DNA from: an uncultured cyanobacterium
GTDB lineage: Bacteria; Cyanobacteriota; Cyanobacteriia; Cyanobacteriales; Nostocaceae
Length of the DNA: 64,000 nucleotides
Direction: 5' to 3'
Assembly: GCA_963740315.1 (NCBI GenBank)
Contig: CAVUDP010000003.1
Location: 448,001-512,000 of the forward strand
Position numbers and translations under genes: made by a program. Positions 21,579 to 32,390 of this stretch are shown here, piece by piece. The stretch's first letter is position 1. Every line of letters begins with the position of its first letter. The notes below the pieces were generated by a model that searched no databases, was not told where the DNA came from, and saw nothing but the letters and a program-made list of their open reading frames with translations.

Positions 21579-23591
21579 ATGACTCAATCGTCACAACAAA
21601 GGCGCAGTACCGCTCTGAGTGTAAAATCGGAGTTCTCGCCTTTCGGTAACAAACTTGTTCAATCTGGCTTTGTAGATAACGGTCAGATGAAGCAGGCACT
21701 TATAGAAAGCCGCAAGTCGGGTAGACCTTTAACTGAGGTCATCGAATCGATTGCAGGGCGACAACTATCACCAGAGCTACTCCGCGAGTACAAAAAGCAA
21801 CAGCTATTTGAGCTTAAAATTCTTTACGGCGTAGAATCCTTAGATCCGGAGGTTAGCCAAGTAGGCGCGACTTCGGTGGGAGGAATGATTGAGACTCTTA
21901 TCCCGGTGGATATTTGTCGTCGCCATCGCTTAATTCCATTGTCAAAACATGAAAATGAAAATCCACCTTTCGTTTTGGTAGCGATGGTAGATCCAGACAA
22001 TCTGGAGGCTTCCGACGATCTGAATCGGGTTTTACGTCCGCAAGGCTTCAGTTTGCAAAGAATGGTAATTACTCAAGAAGATTACCAACAGCTAATCAAC
22101 CAATTTTTGGATGAAATGGCTGTTAAACAGAAGCATAAAGAAAAGCAACAATCTACCGACCTCAATCAAGATTTAGAAAATCTCGATAATCTCGATTTAG
22201 AAGATGCTCCCGAAGAATCAGAAGCTGACTTAGGTTCGGCAATGAAGGGCGCTGAGGATGCGCCAATCATCAACTTGGTAAATAGAATCCTCGCCAAAGC
22301 ACTGCATGAAGGGGTTTCCGATATTCACATCGAACCTCAAGAAGAAAACTTACGCATTCGCTTTCGTAAGGATGGTGTATTGCGGGAAGCTTTTGATGCA
22401 TTACCGAAAAAAATCATTCCCGCAATTACAGCCCGTTTCAAAATTATTGCTAACTTAGATATCGCCGAGCGCCGTCTTCCCCAAGATGGACGCATCCGCC
22501 GCTTATTTGAAGGACGCAAAGTAGACTTCCGGGTAAATACTTTACCGAGCCGTTACGGAGAAAAAGTAGTACTCCGGATTCTGGATAACTCCTCAACTCA
22601 ATTGGGGTTGGATAAATTAATTACCGACCCAGAGACATTGCAAATTGTTCAAGACATGGTTAGCCGACCCTTTGGCTTGATTCTAGTAACAGGTCCCACG
22701 GGTTCTGGTAAAACAACGTCTCTGTATTCTGCCCTTGCCGAAAGAAATTCTCCCGATATTAATATCAGTACTGTAGAAGACCCGGTGGAATATAGTTTAC
22801 CGGGGATTACTCAGGTGCAGGTGATTCGGGAAAAAGGGCTGGATTTCGGTACCGCCTTGCGGGCATTTTTGCGGCAAGATCCCGACGTATTACTTGTAGG
22901 AGAAACCAGAGATAAAGAAACGGCGAAAACAGCGATCGAAGCGGCATTAACGGGTCACTTAGTATTAACTACCTTGCACACTAACGATGCTCCCGGTGCG
23001 ATCGCTCGTTTGGGAGAAATGGGTATTGAATCTTTCATGATTTCCAGTTCTTTGCTTGGAGTTCTGGCACAACGTCTGATGCGTCGCGTATGTAGTGAAT
23101 GTCGTATTGAATACAGTCCCACACCGCAAGAACTCGCACGTTACGGCTTATCGGCATCTCAAGAAGCGGATGTAATCTTCTATAAAGCCAATACTCTTAC
23201 GAACGACCAAATTCAAGAAGCCAGAACCAACAATCACCTTTGTGAAAAATGTAGCGGTATTGGCTACAAAGGACGTTGCGGTGTTTACGAAGTAATGAGA
23301 ATTACCGAACGCATCCAGGCTTTAATCAACGAAGAAGCACCAACAGAATTGATTAAAGAAGCAGCAGTAGAAGAAGGAATGAAAACTCTGCTTGCTTACA
23401 GTTTGGATTTGGTACGTCAAGGAGGCACCACCCTTGAGGAAGTCGAACGGGTAACGTTTACCGATACAGGTTTGGAAGCAGAGTTGAAAGCTAAACGTAA
23501 AAGTGGTTTGACTTGTGCAAATTGTGAAGCTCAATTGCAGCCGGAATGGTTGGATTGTCCTTACTGTATGACATCTCGCTTTCAAGATTAA
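21579..23591 (+). CDS. pilB: Type IV pilus assembly ATPase PilB
   Basis: SDIHIEP, LDIAERRLPQDG, GPTGSGKT, LRQDPD; C-terminal CANC...CPYC; ATG 21579 preferred over GTG 21555. Confidence 0.96.
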   Translation: MTQSSQQRRSTALSVKSEFSPFGNKLVQSGFVDNGQMKQALIESRKSGRPLTEVIESIAGRQLSPELLREYKKQQLFELKILYGVESLDPEVSQVGATSVGGMIETLIPVDICRRHRLIPLSKHENENPPFVLVAMVDPDNLEASDDLNRVLRPQGFSLQRMVITQEDYQQLINQFLDEMAVKQKHKEKQQSTDLNQDLENLDNLDLEDAPEESEADLGSAMKGAEDAPIINLVNRILAKALHEGVSDIHIEPQEENLRIRFRKDGVLREAFDALPKKIIPAITARFKIIANLDIAERRLPQDGRIRRLFEGRKVDFRVNTLPSRYGEKVVLRILDNSSTQLGLDKLITDPETLQIVQDMVSRPFGLILVTGPTGSGKTTSLYSALAERNSPDINISTVEDPVEYSLPGITQVQVIREKGLDFGTALRAFLRQDPDVLLVGETRDKETAKTAIEAALTGHLVLTTLHTNDAPGAIARLGEMGIESFMISSSLLGVLAQRLMRRVCSECRIEYSPTPQELARYGLSASQEADVIFYKANTLTNDQIQEARTNNHLCEKCSGIGYKGRCGVYEVMRITERIQALINEEAPTELIKEAAVEEGMKTLLAYSLDLVRQGGTTLEEVERVTFTDTGLEAELKAKRKSGLTCANCEAQLQPEWLDCPYCMTSRFQD

Positions 23592-23663
23592 CTGATAAAA
23601 GTCAGTTTCTAATAGCAACTAACCACTAACAACTAATAAACAAAAATAAGAGGAGTACAAACA

Positions 23664-24770
23664 ATGGAAATGATGATTGAAGATTTGATGGAACAATTGA
23701 TTGAAATGGGAGGTTCGGATATGCATTTATCCGCTGGTTTACCTCCTTATTTTCGTGTTAGCGGTAAGTTAACACCTATCGGGGAGGAAGCTTTGAGTGG
23801 CGATCAATGTCAAAGGCTAATTTTTAGTATGTTGAATAACTCCCAACGTAAAATCCTCGAACAAACTTGGGAATTAGATTGTTCTTATGGTGTTAAAGGA
23901 TTGGCACGTTTCCGGGTGAACGTTTATAAAGAACGCGGAACTTACGCCGCTTGTTTAAGAGCATTAAGTTCCAAAATTCCTAACTTTGAGAAATTGGGTT
24001 TACCAGATATTGCGCGAGAAATGTGCGACAAACCCAAAGGAATGATATTGGTAACAGGTCCTACGGGTTCTGGTAAAACAACTACTTTGGCGGCAATGAT
24101 CGATTTAATCAACCGGACAAAGGCAGAACATATTTTAACAATTGAAGATCCGATTGAATTTGTTTACGAACCAGTTAAAAGTCTGGTTCACCAACGTCAA
24201 CTGGGTGAAGATACAAAAAGTTTTGCCAATGCTTTAAAAGGTTCTTTGCGTGAAGATCCAGATATTATTTTGATTGGAGAAATGCGAGATTTAGACACGA
24301 TCGCTCTCGCTATTTCCGCAGCAGAAACTGGTCACTTAGTATTCGGTACTTTGCACACGTCTTCAGCAGCACAAACTGTCGATCGCATTATCGACGTTTT
24401 CCCCGCTGACAGACAAACTCAGGTGCGCGTACAGTTATCTAACTCTTTAGTCGCAGTATTTAGCCAAACTTTAGTGCCTAAGAAAAATCCCAAACCCGAT
24501 GAATTTGGTCGAGTAATGGCTCAGGAAATCATGATTATTACTCCTGCTATTTCCAACATGATTCGCGAAGGTAAAACATCTCAAATTTATTCGGCGATTC
24601 AAACTGGCGCGAAATTTGGGATGCAAACTTTGGAAAAAGTTCTTGCTGATTATGTGAAAGCAGGAACCATTTCTTTTGAAGCTGCAATGTCAAAAACTTC
24701 TAAACCAGATGAAATTCAACGTCTAATTGGTTCGGCACCCACAAACGGTAAAGCTGCTGTAAAACGTTAA
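23664..24770 (+). CDS. pilT: Type IV pilus retraction ATPase PilT
   Basis: GPTGSGKTTTLAAMID, LREDPDIILIGEMRD, AETGHLVFGTLH, MIREGK; AGGAG RBS. Confidence 0.97.
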   Translation: MEMMIEDLMEQLIEMGGSDMHLSAGLPPYFRVSGKLTPIGEEALSGDQCQRLIFSMLNNSQRKILEQTWELDCSYGVKGLARFRVNVYKERGTYAACLRALSSKIPNFEKLGLPDIAREMCDKPKGMILVTGPTGSGKTTTLAAMIDLINRTKAEHILTIEDPIEFVYEPVKSLVHQRQLGEDTKSFANALKGSLREDPDIILIGEMRDLDTIALAISAAETGHLVFGTLHTSSAAQTVDRIIDVFPADRQTQVRVQLSNSLVAVFSQTLVPKKNPKPDEFGRVMAQEIMIITPAISNMIREGKTSQIYSAIQTGAKFGMQTLEKVLADYVKAGTISFEAAMSKTSKPDEIQRLIGSAPTNGKAAVKR

Positions 24771-24886
24771 TATTTCAATAAATGACTAGTAGTTAGTTAT
24801 CAGTTATATTGCGATCGCTAACTACTAAGTTTTTTTCATAGTCAAAATTAAAATTTGATTTTTTTGAATTTAAAATTATATAAATC

Positions 24887-26116
24887 ATGCCAACTTTCGT
24901 TGCTCGCGTTCGCGATTCACAAGGAAAATCTAAACAAGAAAAACTTGTTGCCGACTCTTTAGCTCAAGCTCGTACTGAGTTAAGACAGCAAGGTTTTGTC
25001 ATCCAAGATTTACAAAAATTTAAAGGTTTCGATATCGGTGAAGCTCTTGATTTAACAAAACTGCAAAACAAACTTGCTACAGTTACCGTTAAAGATAAAG
25101 CTATATTTTCCCGTCAATTTGCTGCTTTAACAAATGCGGGGGTAGCAATTGTAAGAAGTTTGGGAGTACTTTCCGAACAATGCAGCAATCCTAAACTGAA
25201 AGCAGCACTTTTAGATATTAGTAGCGAAGTGCAAAATGGTGTTAACCTTTCCGATGCCATGCGAAAGCATCCTGAATGTTTTGATGGTTTGTATGTCAGC
25301 ATGATTCAAGCTGGCGAAGTCGGTGGTGTTTTGGATGAAGTTCTCAACCGTTTAGCCAAATTATTAGAAGATGTGGCTCGACTGCAAAACCAAATCAAAT
25401 CCGCAATGTCTTATCCTACTGTTGTGGGTAGTTTAGCAGTAATCATTTTTCTGGCAATGACTATTTTTCTGATTCCAATTTTTGCCAATATATTCAAAGA
25501 TTTGGGAACAGAATTACCAGCTTTAACACAATTTATGCTTTGGATAAGTGGCGTTTTGACAAGCTGGAGACTTTTCGTTCTTATTGGTATTGTTGTCGGA
25601 GCAAAAGTAGCTTTCGATATGTACTATAAAACTCCTGTAGGCACATTAAATATCGATGCACTTTCTTTAAAACTACCTTTATTTGGCGATTTAATTCAAA
25701 AATCAGCAATTGCCAGATTTAGCCGTACCTTCGGTTCTTTGACTCGTTCTGGAGTACCAATTTTAACTTCTTTAGAAATTGTCCGAGACACATCAGGAAA
25801 CCAGATAATTGCTAATGCTATTGATGCTGCCAGAAGTGAAGTTGAACAAGGAGGCATGATTAGTTTTGCATTACAAAAAGAAAACGTTTTTCCTCCTATG
25901 GCAATTCAAATGATGAGTATTGGGGAAGAAACAGGAGAACTAGATGGAATGTTGATGAAAGTTGCCGATTTCTATGAAGATGAAGTTGAGCAAGCAGTAA
26001 AAGCTCTTACCAGTGTTTTAGAACCAGTAATGATTGTGGTTATCGGTGGTATGGTTGCTGTGATTTTGCTCTCAATGTATCTACCAATGTTCGCAGTCTT
26101 TGAAGAATTAGGCTAA
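24887..26116 (+). CDS. pilC: Type IV pilus platform protein PilC (T2SS F family)
   Basis: FSRQFAAL..AGV, AGEVGGVLD, IGEETGELD, LEP motifs; follows pilB-pilT. Confidence 0.96.
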   Translation: MPTFVARVRDSQGKSKQEKLVADSLAQARTELRQQGFVIQDLQKFKGFDIGEALDLTKLQNKLATVTVKDKAIFSRQFAALTNAGVAIVRSLGVLSEQCSNPKLKAALLDISSEVQNGVNLSDAMRKHPECFDGLYVSMIQAGEVGGVLDEVLNRLAKLLEDVARLQNQIKSAMSYPTVVGSLAVIIFLAMTIFLIPIFANIFKDLGTELPALTQFMLWISGVLTSWRLFVLIGIVVGAKVAFDMYYKTPVGTLNIDALSLKLPLFGDLIQKSAIARFSRTFGSLTRSGVPILTSLEIVRDTSGNQIIANAIDAARSEVEQGGMISFALQKENVFPPMAIQMMSIGEETGELDGMLMKVADFYEDEVEQAVKALTSVLEPVMIVVIGGMVAVILLSMYLPMFAVFEELG

Positions 26117-26147
26117 AAACAGTAACCAGTTATCAATTATCAAATAC

Positions 26148-26575
26148 AGGGAGTAGGGAGTAGGGAGTAGGGAGAGGGGGAGAGGGGGAGATGGGGGGAT
26201 GGGGAGATGGGGAGAGGGGGAGATGGTAAGCCCAAAACGTGCGGAGGAACACGACCGTTGAGAGAAGTGGCGCAACCCGTTACTCTAACGAGTCGTGCCG
26301 CGCTGAACACGCGGAGCGTGCGGCGAGCGGGGGAGATGGGGAGAGGGGGAGATGGGGAAGAATAACTAACTCCTAATTCATAACTTAAAACTCCTAACTC
26401 CTAACTCCTAACTCATAACTCCTAATTCATAACTTAAAACTCCTAACTCCTAACTCATAACTCCTAATTCATAATTCATAACTCCTAATTCATAATTCAT
26501 AACTCCTAATTCATAATTCATAACTCCTCACTCATAACTCAAAACTCAAAACTCCTAACTTTTTACTCTCAACTT
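26148..26575 (+). repeat. Composite STRR block: AGGGAGT and GGGGAGA(G/T) arrays, a GC-rich insert (26227-26329), then about 200 bp of ACTCCTA/ATTCATA/ACTCATA heptamers
   Basis: Direct reading. Confidence 0.9.
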
Positions 26576-26632
26576 CTAATCCAAAATCTAAAACAAACTA
26601 AACGCATCCGTTGTTAAAATCCAAAATTATTT

Positions 26633-27184
26633 ATGCCTGTACAAAAGTCTCAATACGAAATTAGCTTGGCGGAATATTGCAATCATTCTGCAACGGTTGC
26701 TCTTTTAAAGCAGCACCGTCCTTATTTAGAAATGGTTCCCAGTTTACGCCGCCCCGATGAAAGTTTTATTACTATTCCTCTACCAATTATCCGCATTCGT
26801 AAAACTGAAAAAGATTTACCGCAAACAACTTGTTTACCTTGCGATTTAGCTATTTTGATGTGCAATCCGGAATGGAAAATTAAAACAGGGGTTGAAATTC
26901 TTGTATTTATTCATCGCCCAGATGAAGATTTTTCTGATTTATTGGGACGATGGCGACAAACTCAAGTATGGTTGGATAAGGATTACGAGTGGTTTATGCC
27001 TCCTCGCTACAGCCATATTTTGAACGAGGGAACTAATACTGTATATCCTTTGTTCGTAGTTTTTTCAGAAACACCAGAACGGATTAAGCGTGGTTTATTA
27101 GGTTCTGAAACTCCGTTTGTCGTTCAAACCTCAGAATTAGTTTTTGATGAAGAAATGAAAGAAGAGCAACAATTAGGAAATTAG
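26633..27184 (+). CDS. Conserved hypothetical protein
   Basis: 183 aa ORF with protein-like composition (LLKQHRPYLEMVPSLRRP, PEWKIKTGVEI); no family recognised. Confidence 0.8.
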   Translation: MPVQKSQYEISLAEYCNHSATVALLKQHRPYLEMVPSLRRPDESFITIPLPIIRIRKTEKDLPQTTCLPCDLAILMCNPEWKIKTGVEILVFIHRPDEDFSDLLGRWRQTQVWLDKDYEWFMPPRYSHILNEGTNTVYPLFVVFSETPERIKRGLLGSETPFVVQTSELVFDEEMKEEQQLGN

Positions 27185-27220
27185 CTATCAGTTACCAGTT
27201 ACCAGTTACCAGTTACCAGT
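27185..27220 (+). repeat. CAGTTAC heptamer array
   Basis: Direct reading. Confidence 0.85.
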
Positions 27221-27535
27221 CAACGGCTAACAGCGATCGCTAAATTAATATTTTTCTTTTAAAAATAATTGAAGAATATAGACTTTATTACGAAATAAGT
27301 TATTTTTTTACTTTTTGTATAAAATAGTTAACAATTTACAACAATCATTATATTTAGTAAAAACTAGCTAAATATAATATTTTTCAAGATTTTTTGTTGC
27401 TCAATTGTCTTATAGCCTACAATTTATTCAGGTTTAAGCTATTGCAACGGTCAACTACACTCAGTAGGATGCACCATGAGCAACTTGCCGGAATATTGGG
27501 GTTTTCTACCAGGAGAAACATGATTTTTATGTTGT

Positions 27536-27567
27536 GCGTTAAGCGAAGCTCTACCGAAGGTAATCGC
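27536..27567 (+). mobile_element. 24 nt small dispersed repeat inserted in a HIP1 site
   Basis: GCG[TTAAGCGAAGCTCTACCGAAGGTA]ATCGC; removing the insert restores GCGATCGC. Confidence 0.7.
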
Positions 27568-28009
27568 TATATTCCATTTTCTGACATTCTGACGATCGAG
27601 TCAATTACAAACAATTCAGCCCAAAGACGTATTTAAGATATTCAAAATAAAATAATCTAAATTCGTCTTTTTATGACTTTTATAGACAAAAATTAACCAT
27701 AATCATCGGCTTTCAAGATATTTTTTCTAATTTTCAAACTTACACCTTGGGGTATACGTTAGTTCTATATCTTGGGAGATAATTATTGAAGGGTGCCTAT
27801 TTTTCAGCTTGACTAATGTGCTTAGTTAAGAGAAACTTACATATAATTGAAGCAAACACTTTTACAAATAATAAGTTTTGTAAAGATTTTAAATATATTT
27901 GTTTCGGGGATGAGAAATTAATTGTTTAATGACTTAATTTCAAGCAGAGTTTTAGATTCCGCTTTATAGCAGCATAAATAAACCTCAATCAATATGGTCG
28001 ATCGAAAGC

Positions 28010-28222
28010 ATGGAGACATTAGAATTTATAATTTATCCAGATGGTAGAGTACAAGAAAAGGTGACTGGAATAGTTGGTGCTTCTTGCGCTGAAGTTACGG
28101 CAGCTATCGAAGCGCAGCTAGGAATTGTACTTAACCATCAAACAACATCAGAATATTTCGCCGCCAAGGTGTTTTCTCAGAATGATGTTGCGAATACTCA
28201 AGCAACGTTCAGCGATTGGTAG
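28010..28222 (+). CDS. DUF2997 family protein
   Basis: LEFIIYPDGRVQEKVTGIVGASCAEVTAAIE...TSEYF. Confidence 0.9.
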   Translation: METLEFIIYPDGRVQEKVTGIVGASCAEVTAAIEAQLGIVLNHQTTSEYFAAKVFSQNDVANTQATFSDW

Positions 28223-28268
28223 TTTTTCACCCAACTTAATCACTTATTCTCACTGATTCAGACCTATT

Positions 28269-28655
28269 ATGTCACACTTTAGCCAGATTAAGACTCAAAT
28301 TCGTAATATTGAATCTTTGAAAGATGCTCTCACCGATTTAGGTGTAGCTTGGAAAGATGGTTCGCATTCTTTGCGCGGATATCAAGGTATAACCCATACT
28401 GCTGAAATTGCTATCGAGCAAAACAATGGTTATGATATCGGCTTTAAGTGGAACGGATTTGAATACGAACTAGTTGCCGATTTACAATATTGGGCGCAAA
28501 ATCTTTCTGTGGAAGGCTTTTTACGTCAAGTTACACAACGTTACGCTTACAGCACGGTAGTTAAAGAAACCGCAAAAGCGGGCTTTCAAGTTAGCGAACA
28601 AAAAAGGAATCAGGATGGTTCGATTCGCTTAGTAGTACAGCGCTGGAGTGCGTAA
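28269..28655 (+). CDS. DUF1257 / Ycf35 family protein
   Basis: MSHFSQIKT, DIGFKWNG..YELVADL..W, QRYAY, DGSIRLVV. Confidence 0.92.
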   Translation: MSHFSQIKTQIRNIESLKDALTDLGVAWKDGSHSLRGYQGITHTAEIAIEQNNGYDIGFKWNGFEYELVADLQYWAQNLSVEGFLRQVTQRYAYSTVVKETAKAGFQVSEQKRNQDGSIRLVVQRWSA

Positions 28656-29116
28656 TGCCTGATTTTTTGCCGCCGGAAGATGGACAAGATAATCGTTCTG
28701 GTTTGGAACCGGAATTAGGGGGTTTCTTGCGAGAAAACTCCGATCGTTCTGGTTTGGAACCGGAATTGGGCGGTGTGCTGCGAGAAACGGGCGTATATGT
28801 TGATGAAATTACTTGTATCGGCTGCAAGCACTGTGCCCATGTAGCTCCTAACACCTTCTATATCGAACCCGATTATGGGCGATCGCGCGTCATGCGTCAA
28901 GATGGTGATTCGGAAGAAGTAATTGAAGAGGCAATTGATACTTGTCCTGTCAACTGCATCCATTGGCTTGATTATAATGAACTGAGCAAGTTTGAAGAAG
29001 AACGTAAATATCAGGTGATTCCTGTAGTCGGTTATCCGGTAGAAGGTGCAGTTATTGCGACTCAACGTCGTCTAAGAAAGCAAAAACTGAAGAAGAAAAA
29101 ACCTCGTGAGTCTTAG
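28655..29116 (+). CDS. Ferredoxin with N-terminal RSGLEPELGG repeats
   Basis: VYVDEITCIGCKHCA and IDTCPVNCIHW Fe-S motifs; TAATG coupling to DUF1257. Confidence 0.9.
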   Translation: MPDFLPPEDGQDNRSGLEPELGGFLRENSDRSGLEPELGGVLRETGVYVDEITCIGCKHCAHVAPNTFYIEPDYGRSRVMRQDGDSEEVIEEAIDTCPVNCIHWLDYNELSKFEEERKYQVIPVVGYPVEGAVIATQRRLRKQKLKKKKPRES

Positions 29117-29144
29117 TAGAATTTAATATTTTCATTTAATATAC

Positions 29145-29173
29145 AAGGGTTGCTTTTGCAGCCCTTTTTTTTT
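29145..29173 (+). terminator. Intrinsic terminator after the ferredoxin operon
   Basis: AAGGGTTGC-TTTT-GCAGCCCTT hairpin plus T run. Confidence 0.85.
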
Positions 29174-29198
29174 AGCTGTAGAAACAGGTTTTTATAGC

Positions 29199-29329
29199 TA
29201 AGTAAGTCGGCTACGCCAAATCCTAATCAGGACAGGGAGCAGGGAGTAGGGAATAGGCAGTAGGGGTAAGGCTTTGATGCTAATTTACATTCCATTACAT
29301 AATTGTTTTTATTTGTGCCGACTTACTTA
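29199..29329. mobile_element. 131 bp MITE-like element with 13 bp terminal inverted repeats
   Basis: TAAGTAAGTCGGC ... GCCGACTTACTTA with TA at both termini; internal AGGGAG(C/T) heptamers; degenerate relative at about 46740-46826. Confidence 0.7.
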
Positions 29330-29658
29330 AATTATTAAATCTTCTCATATTGATTCAGAAAGAAGCCTGGTTACTGATGTATTAATATTTACAAATAACA
29401 CATCCTTAAAAAATATTTCTACCGAAATTAAATCTAACGAGGACAACTTCTTAATTAAATTAATCTAAATCTTGAGATAAACGTTGCTAAAAAGAAGTAG
29501 CTGAAAACTCATGCTGTAGCTTGACTACGAAAAAAAAGTTTAGGGAAAATCCCTGGGGATTTAAATCGCAGAGCCAATTTGACGGTGTAAAGAATTCAGC
29601 AAATGATTTTACCCGTTTACAACTACAGCAATTGTGAGTTTTCAGCGCCGGTTAATCT

Positions 29659-29982
29659 TTAGAGATATTTCTCCAAAGTATTAGCTAATGTAGTTTTAGG
29701 TACCGCACCGACAACCATATCAACTTTTTGCCCACCTTTAAAAATCATTAATGTGGGAATACTGCGGATACCGTATTGAGAAGCAACATTGGGATTCTCA
29801 TCGGTATTAACTTTGACAACCTTGATTTGACCTTCGTATTGAGAAGAAATTTCATCTACAACAGGGGCTACCATACGACATGGACCACACCAGGGTGCCC
29901 AAAAGTCAACTAGTACAGGAACTTCGCTATCGAGTACTTCCTGCTTAAAGCTGGAGTCCGTAACTTGTGTGGCTGATGACAT
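29659..29982 (-). CDS. trxA: Thioredoxin (m-type)
   Basis: [23 protein letters not shown]. Confidence 0.97.
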   Translation of the reverse strand: MSSATQVTDSSFKQEVLDSEVPVLVDFWAPWCGPCRMVAPVVDEISSQYEGQIKVVKVNTDENPNVASQYGIRSIPTLMIFKGGQKVDMVVGAVPKTTLANTLEKYL

Positions 29983-30122
29983 ACCTTAAAACCTTATAAT
30001 TCAGATGTTTTTGATTTTTGTGAAAATTCTACCACAGCAAAAAGCACTGCCTTGACATTTGGAATATAGATTTACACAGTTAAACGGAAAATTTATTCCA
30101 AAACATATTTATTCCAAAACAT

Positions 30123-30191
30123 AAGGAACCGCCCGAACAGTAGTCCGGGCGGAGTGTGGTGTGAGGAGTGAACGGAAACATGCGTCTCCGC
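30123..30191 (-). ncRNA. yfr1: Yfr1 small RNA
   Basis: Minus strand GCGGAGACGCATGTTTCCGTTC-ACTCCTCACAC-CACACTCCGCCCGGAC...GTTCGGGCGG: two hairpins around the ACTCCTCACAC motif, in the canonical guaB-trxA position; TACAAT -10 box at 30199-30204. Confidence 0.93.
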
Positions 30192-30396
30192 TATCTCTAT
30201 TGTAGGCGACATATGCGATTTTTCCAGCCATAGTTTAAAAGTAAGGAAAAATTTCTTTAAGAGAATGTTGGACATTTAGCGCGAACGCTTGAAAATAGTT
30301 AGTTATTAACGGGCTTTTTTGCATAATAACTATACACCCACCAATCGTTAACTATTGGATATTTCTTGTAACTCGTAGCTTTCAACTCAATTTACC

Positions 30397-31560
30397 TTAT
30401 TTACCCATGCCTAAATGCTGAGCTTTCTGGTAAACTTTACCTTCGGTTAATAGTGATGGAGCAATGACAACTTCAACCTGTTGCATCTCTTTAATATTTT
30501 TTGCTCCAAGAGTACCCATACTTGTTTTGAGAGCGCCTAAAAGATTATGAGTACCATCATCAAGTTGCGCCGGTCCGGTTAATATTTGCTCTAGAGTACC
30601 AGTTTTACCTACATTAATGCGAGTACCCCTCGGCAATACTGGAGATGGGGTTGCCATGCCCCAGTGATAGCCACGCCCCGGTGCTTCGGCGCATCTGGCA
30701 AAGGGAGAACCAATCATTACACCATCGGCACCGCAAGCAATACATTTACAGATATCGCCGCCAGTGATTAAACCGCCATCGGCAATTACTGGCACGTAAT
30801 TCCCGGTTTCGTTGTAATAATCATCTCGCGCTGCCGCACAATCGGCGATCGCACTGGCTTGGGGTACGCCTACACCCAACACTCCACGGGAAGTACAGGC
30901 AGCACCTGGACCTATTCCGATTAATACCGCAGCAGCACCAGCTTTCATTAAGTTAAGGGTGACTTCATAACTTACACAGTTACCCAAAGCTACCGGCATG
31001 GGCATTTCTCGGCAAAACTGGGCTAAATCCAAAGGGATTATCGATTCGGGTGATAGGTGTGCCGTAGAAACCACCGTGGCTTGGACAAAGAATAAATCTG
31101 CCCCAGCTTCGGCGACTACCGAACCGTATTTACTAGCCCCTACTGGAGTAGCGCTAACCGCAGCAATACCACCGCTCGATTTAATTTCTTGGATGCGTTG
31201 CTTGACCAACTCTGCTTTAATTGGTTCGGCATAAAGTTCTTGCATCAAGGGTACAAATTCATCTTTGTTTACCCCAGCAATACGGTCTAAAATTGGCTCT
31301 GGATTTTCATATCGGGTTTGGATGCCCTCTAAATTAAGTACTCCTAATGCTCCTAACTCTGACAAACGTACAGCCATGCGAACATCAACGACACCATCCA
31401 TTGCACTGGCAATAATTGGGATTTCTCGCTCAATATTGCCGATACGCCATTTAGTATCAGCCAAAGAAGGATCTAATGTTCTTGTACCTGGTACTAAAGC
31501 AATTTCATCAATACCGTAAGCCCTACGGGCTGTTTTTCCTCGCCCAATTTGAATATCCAC
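30397..31560 (-). CDS. guaB: GuaB3-family IMP dehydrogenase-related protein
   Basis: PIIASAMDGV, GIGPGAACTSR, VIADGG, WGMATP; no CBS domains. Confidence 0.9.
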   Translation of the reverse strand: MDIQIGRGKTARRAYGIDEIALVPGTRTLDPSLADTKWRIGNIEREIPIIASAMDGVVDVRMAVRLSELGALGVLNLEGIQTRYENPEPILDRIAGVNKDEFVPLMQELYAEPIKAELVKQRIQEIKSSGGIAAVSATPVGASKYGSVVAEAGADLFFVQATVVSTAHLSPESIIPLDLAQFCREMPMPVALGNCVSYEVTLNLMKAGAAAVLIGIGPGAACTSRGVLGVGVPQASAIADCAAARDDYYNETGNYVPVIADGGLITGGDICKCIACGADGVMIGSPFARCAEAPGRGYHWGMATPSPVLPRGTRINVGKTGTLEQILTGPAQLDDGTHNLLGALKTSMGTLGAKNIKEMQQVEVVIAPSLLTEGKVYQKAQHLGMGK

Positions 31561-32390
31561 GTGCTTCTACTTATTCCAATCTATTTAAGCTAGGGTATCA
31601 AATTGTGGGTGTATTATAATCCTTTTTTTTTTGAAACTAATTGTTTCTGGTAGAAGAGATAAAAAATCACATTAAAAAGTCATTGATAAATATGTATAGT
31701 TATACTAATAAAGGAATTTTACAGGGGCGCGTTATTAGTTTTTGCTTCATCCTCGTGACAGCGCCCCTGTCGCTCATACATCATAATTATCAGCATTCTC
31801 AGCTATATGTAAGCCTATTGCTGTAGTAGCAAAGAGTTTAAAGAAAAACAATTAGACAAATATCTAAGTATTACTTCTCTTATATTTTTATAGCAATGGT
31901 CATATTTAATACTTTTTATGTACTAATCTACAAGCAATATACGAAATAGTTTTTCTCAAAAAATCCTTTATTCAAGTAATGAATTTTACTAAATATTATT
32001 TTTAATCCAAACAAATGTATTTAAGAATACTTAAAATTGGATTTTGAAAGTAACTTATGTTTGTTCAAAAATAGATTACGATCGTTCATAGTTTTAATAT
32101 CAAAAATTCGCCAAATATAATTTTTCGGTGTAAATCCTGAATTCGCGATCGCGATCGGGATAATTAGTTTTTTGATTAAGTTGCAAATAAATTATCTTTT
32201 TATACTTATTCATATATCTTAAATAGGTAGCAGTATATACAAATATCGATAATGAACCTATAGAAATAGGTAAAATTAGATACAGGTAAAAAGAACTAAT
32301 CGGATATAAAAAACGATCGCCTAAATGTCAGCAAGTGTCTAGAACCGCTAATATTGTTAACATAACTTCAAAACTATTATTTAAGCAGCC

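Noticed and set aside
23505..23591. C-terminal four-Cys extension of PilB as a novelty
   Set aside because: A known feature of cyanobacterial PilB1 proteins
27394..27636. 80 aa ORF
   Set aside because: TTG start, no motif, and it spans a HIP1-inserted micro-element; probably spurious
30093..30275. 60 aa minus-strand ORF
   Set aside because: Overlaps the Yfr1 ncRNA, which explains the sequence
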